In this document: positions 62,337 through 64,000 of the stretch, piece after piece
How positions within the stretch are numbered: position 1 is the first letter of the stretch
Layout: the number at the start of each line of letters is the position of its first letter
Origin: an uncultured Lentisphaeria bacterium
Lineage (GTDB): Bacteria > Fidelibacterota > UBA8477 > JABMPR01
Reading direction: 5' to 3'
Length of the DNA stretch: 64,000 nt
Assembly (NCBI GenBank): GCA_964469505.1
Contig: CAYXZO010000002.1
Coordinates: forward strand, 15,923 to 79,922
The notes under the pieces: generated by a model
Told to the model about the DNA's origin: nothing
Databases searched by the model: none
What the model saw: only the letters and a program-made list of their open reading frames with translations
Made by a program: the position numbers and the translations under genes

Positions 62337-62345
62337 GGAACCGGG

Positions 62346-62741
62346 TTACTGGTTGTTTTTGCGTTGATTAACCGTTTCTTTACAAGCCACGTGATATTTC
62401 GCAATTGGGACCGCCTGCAAGCGCTCGATCTCAATGGGTTTGTGACAAATAGTGCAGATACCGTAAGTGCCGTTTTCAATACGTTCCAGAGCTGCATCGA
62501 TTTCTTTCAAATACTTAGCCTGACGATGAGCGAACAAGCTGGTTTTTTCCCGCTCCTGCATATCAGTACCTAGATCAGCCATGTGGTATGCTGCAGTGGA
62601 AACATCACCGGCGCTACTGGCTATGGTTTCGTTCAGAGCAGCAGTTTGATACTCAAGATCTTCCAGAACTTTTTGGCGTTCGGCCAACAAAATTTCTTTA
62701 AAGCGGGTAAGGACTTCTTCCGGTTGTTTGCTGTGTTCCAT
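62346..62741 (-). CDS. dksA: DksA/TraR-family C4 zinc-finger transcription factor
   Basis: Coiled-coil N-terminal region and C-terminal CTIC...C...C (GTYGICTICHKPI...YHVACKE). Confidence 0.85.
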   Translation of the reverse strand: MEHSKQPEEVLTRFKEILLAERQKVLEDLEYQTAALNETIASSAGDVSTAAYHMADLGTDMQEREKTSLFAHRQAKYLKEIDAALERIENGTYGICTICHKPIEIERLQAVPIAKYHVACKETVNQRKNNQ

Positions 62742-62910
62742 TTTCGTTCCGGTCTCCTTTCAGCAAGGCGCAATATATGGCTTAGTCCTTGAAATACAAG
62801 CATTTTGCCGTGTTAAAAATCATTTGGTGCAACCTAGGGCCCCGCATATATTTCGCCGCTTTGAAGGACTTGACTATAACTGCGTGTTATTTAAATAGAA
62901 AGGGTAAACC

Positions 62911-63228
62911 ATGGAAGCGTTAGTATGTCCTGAATGCGGTGAACCCCTGGACGAAGAGCAATTGGCAAAATCTCTGCTATGTCCCCATTGTAAAACCAAT
63001 CTTAAAGATAAGAAGTATATGGGTTTCCTCGAATATCTCATGGAAGCTGAAATAGTCTCCGATATCGATTTCTTCGACGAATCCATTTTTGGTGACGAAT
63101 ATAACCGTTATGAAGCCTCTGAATTCGATGACAGTGATTTGCCTGAACCTCCTCCAGAAAAACTGACCTGGGATACTGAAGAAGAGGGCGACGAAGATTG
63201 GAACGAAGAGGAGCAACCCCAGTGGTGA
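62911..63228 (+). CDS. Zinc-ribbon protein with a highly acidic C-terminal tail
   Basis: The N-terminus carries two CxxC pairs (CPECG...CPHCK). The C-terminal half is acidic, with several aromatic residues. Confidence 0.5.
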   Translation: MEALVCPECGEPLDEEQLAKSLLCPHCKTNLKDKKYMGFLEYLMEAEIVSDIDFFDESIFGDEYNRYEASEFDDSDLPEPPPEKLTWDTEEEGDEDWNEEEQPQW

Positions 63229-63238
63229 AAGGTGGGCA

Positions 63239-63553
63239 GTGATGGATAATCCTAAACCTCCGCAGCAACAAATCCAGATTCACCTTAAGGAAGATATTGC
63301 AGAAGGTTTATATGCCAACTTAGCTTTGATAACCCATTCCCAAGCGGAATTCGTACTGGATTTTGTCCGGGTAGTGCCCGGTACTCCAAAAGCCAATGTA
63401 CAGGCCAGGATTATCATGACCCCAATGCACACCAAAGCTCTGCTTCGGGCTTTGGAGCAAAATGTGGCTAAATACGAAGCTCAGAATGGGGAAATCCGCT
63501 TATTGGAAGCCCCCCATCTGGCTAATTTTCCCGGCTCCGACTTACCTAACTGA
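63239..63553 (+). CDS. DUF3467-family protein
   Basis: ANLALITHSQAEFVLDF matches the conserved DUF3467 core. Confidence 0.6.
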   Translation: MMDNPKPPQQQIQIHLKEDIAEGLYANLALITHSQAEFVLDFVRVVPGTPKANVQARIIMTPMHTKALLRALEQNVAKYEAQNGEIRLLEAPHLANFPGSDLPN

Positions 63554-63596
63554 ATTAGTTTTCGAATACTTTCCCGGTACTAGACAACCCTTTATT

Positions 63597-63639
63597 GATA
63601 ATACAAACCCGCCGAGAAAAGGGCGGGTTTTGTATTATC
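63597..63639 (+). terminator. Rho-independent terminator
   Basis: GATAATACAAACCCGCC-gagaaaag-GGCGGGTTTTGTATTATC is a long, nearly perfect hairpin with an embedded U-run. Confidence 0.8.
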
Positions 63640-63723
63640 GGTAACAAACTTCATTAGGCCCAACAACGAGCAACACTCAAGTGACGGGTTGGATATTTCT
63701 TACCAAAGGGGATATTGTGCGGC

Positions 63724-64000
63724 ATGTCAAGTAACTCAGGCAAGCCCCCCCGAAACGAACGCATTGAACAGTTTTTAAAACAGCCTTACCGGGCAGTCTG
63801 GACCCTGGCGGTGCCCATTATGATGGGGATGGCGGTGCAGACCATTTACAGTGTAGCCGATATGATTTTTGTAGGCCGCATATCGGCCTCCGCCATCGCC
63901 GCCCTGGCATTCAATATGCCTTTGCTATGGTTTTCCTACGGTATCATTTTCGGTCTGGGAAGCGGAGTCACTGCTGTAATCGCCCGCTTTATCGGAGCCC
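63724..64000 (+). CDS. MATE-family efflux transporter (5′ partial, continues past the window end)
   Basis: The N-terminus WTLAVPIMMGMAVQTIYSVADMIFVGR is the typical MATE first helix. Confidence 0.7.
   Translation, partial: MSSNSGKPPRNERIEQFLKQPYRAVWTLAVPIMMGMAVQTIYSVADMIFVGRISASAIAALAFNMPLLWFSYGIIFGLGSGVTAVIARFIGA

Overview
This 64-kb window is gene-dense bacterial chromosome with roughly 55% GC, and it looks like a diderm: it encodes outer-membrane β-barrels, LptF/G, a SurA-like foldase, lipoproteins with lipoboxes and a porin. I call about 58 coding sequences and found no rRNA, tRNA, CRISPR array, transposase or integrase. Most of the window is housekeeping. The recognisable pieces are a complete Pho regulon block (phoB-phoR-pstS-porin-pstCAB-phoU), etfBA, dgt, fusA-like EF-G, accC plus a biotin carrier protein, ligA, ychF, mdh, and a nupC-cdd/adk/coaE nucleotide-salvage block next to rhomboid and M23 peptidase genes, and dksA. 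Two regions do not look ordinary. The first (212-10500, minus strand) is a translationally coupled seven-gene unit. It begins with the poly-γ-glutamate synthetase genes pgsB and pgsC and a PgsW-like membrane protein, with no PgsA/CapA. These are followed by a basic secreted protein, an outer-membrane β-barrel, an LVIVD β-propeller, and a 1491-aa secreted C25 (gingipain/PorU-like) peptidase that ends in a dockerin-like Ca-binding repeat pair. I interpret this as a candidate, undescribed diderm-type poly-γ-glutamate synthesis, export and anchoring module. The second (39640-45903, plus strand) is a cluster of three signal-peptide or lipoproteins of unknown function with LPP20/CsgG-like motifs, followed by a SurA/PpiD-like parvulin. 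Other points of interest are a phased array of TTAACA hexamers (a Pho box) upstream of pstS, a Maf/DUF115-like protein with a small partner, and tandem paralogous 4-TM proteins. All calls rest on reading the translated ORFs and the DNA; I ran no database searches.
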